A DNA stretch of 63,932 bases, the filler included, from Choristocarpus tenellus KU-1152 (lineage: Eukaryota > Protista > Phaeophyceae), in assembly GCA_964200185.2 (NCBI GenBank). It is 12 parts of 12 records of this genome, joined end to end, with 100 filler letters (N's around TTAATTAATTAA, not from the genome) between each part and the next. Parts side by side here need not be neighbours in the genome. Positions count along the whole stretch, not along the records: positions 59,456 to 63,932 come from CAXNAD020014381.1; 11 more parts are not named here. One strand, 5' to 3'. Numbering within the stretch: position 1 is the stretch's first letter; every line of letters starts with the position of its first letter. A program made the position numbers and the translations under genes. A model generated the notes under the pieces. The model saw only the letters and a list, made by a program, of their open reading frames with translations, did not search any database and was not told where the DNA came from. Shown in pieces: positions 63,501 to 63,932 of this stretch.

Positions 63501-63932
63501 CAAGAGATTGAAATGGACAGTAAAACTTACACTACTATTATCACTCTCATTATCTGTTGCCAGGGTCATTGAGTAAGGATAAGCTGTTGTTTGTGGGTGT
63601 CTTGCTTGGGCACAAGAGATTGAAATGAAAGTAATGCTGCCTCGCTATATTATTACCGCTTACAATATGCAATTAATATTTAGTTGTATAGCATAATCAT
63701 GTTTCTTGTCCCTGCAAGTTAATGTGGTGAATCATAGTATAATGCTGATTTGTGGACATATGAATAGCTCATATTTAATATCTCTGGATATGTGTGGCAA
63801 TACAAGTCACCAGGTCGTGGTGTTGAGGACATGATTAGGAAAACAAGAACAGAAACTGAACCAAGGACCTACCAACTCTGATGGCTCGGACAACTGCAAG
63901 AAGAGGGGTACATGCTCAAACTATCTGGGGGG

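Noticed and set aside
1-63932. rRNA, tRNA or a phaeovirus/NCLDV insertion
   Set aside because: No cloverleaf or rRNA-conserved blocks and no dense run of intronless viral core genes were recognised by eye. A covariance-model search was not possible.

Overview
Eukaryotic nuclear DNA from a brown alga or close relative (Phaeophyceae-type LHCF/FCP gene, GT-AG introns, short TTAGGG tracts). The window is not one locus. It is 12 short contigs joined by 11 identical 100-bp spacers (N44-TTAATTAATTAA-N44), so adjacency across spacers carries no meaning. By hand-splicing I recover: the last four exons of a DGAT2-family acyltransferase; a complete LHCF gene plus the identical 5' end of a second copy in head-to-head orientation; a divergent HSF-type transcription factor; the 5' exons of RTEL1 head-to-head with a complete RHBDL4/RHBDD1-type rhomboid (UIM + VBM tail); a Tudor-knot/chromo-barrel gene; and a Gly/Ser-rich gene with an RVxW PP1-docking-like motif. 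The rest is mobile DNA: an internally deleted chromodomain Ty3/Gypsy element nested in a Tc1/mariner transposase, a ~190-bp G-rich MITE found at many contig ends, and LINE/CRE fragments. There is no prokaryote-type system (no CRISPR, rRNA or tRNA seen). The best novelty candidates are (i) a spliced, frameshifted gene that looks like an amino-DNA-methyltransferase-like tail fused to a SET-like domain and an acidic tail, (ii) a dispersed intron-containing OTU-like protease family, and (iii) apparent CpG depletion of repeats and gene bodies beside CpG-rich gene 5' ends, which suggests CpG methylation in this lineage. All domain calls are by-eye motif recognition; no database search was run.
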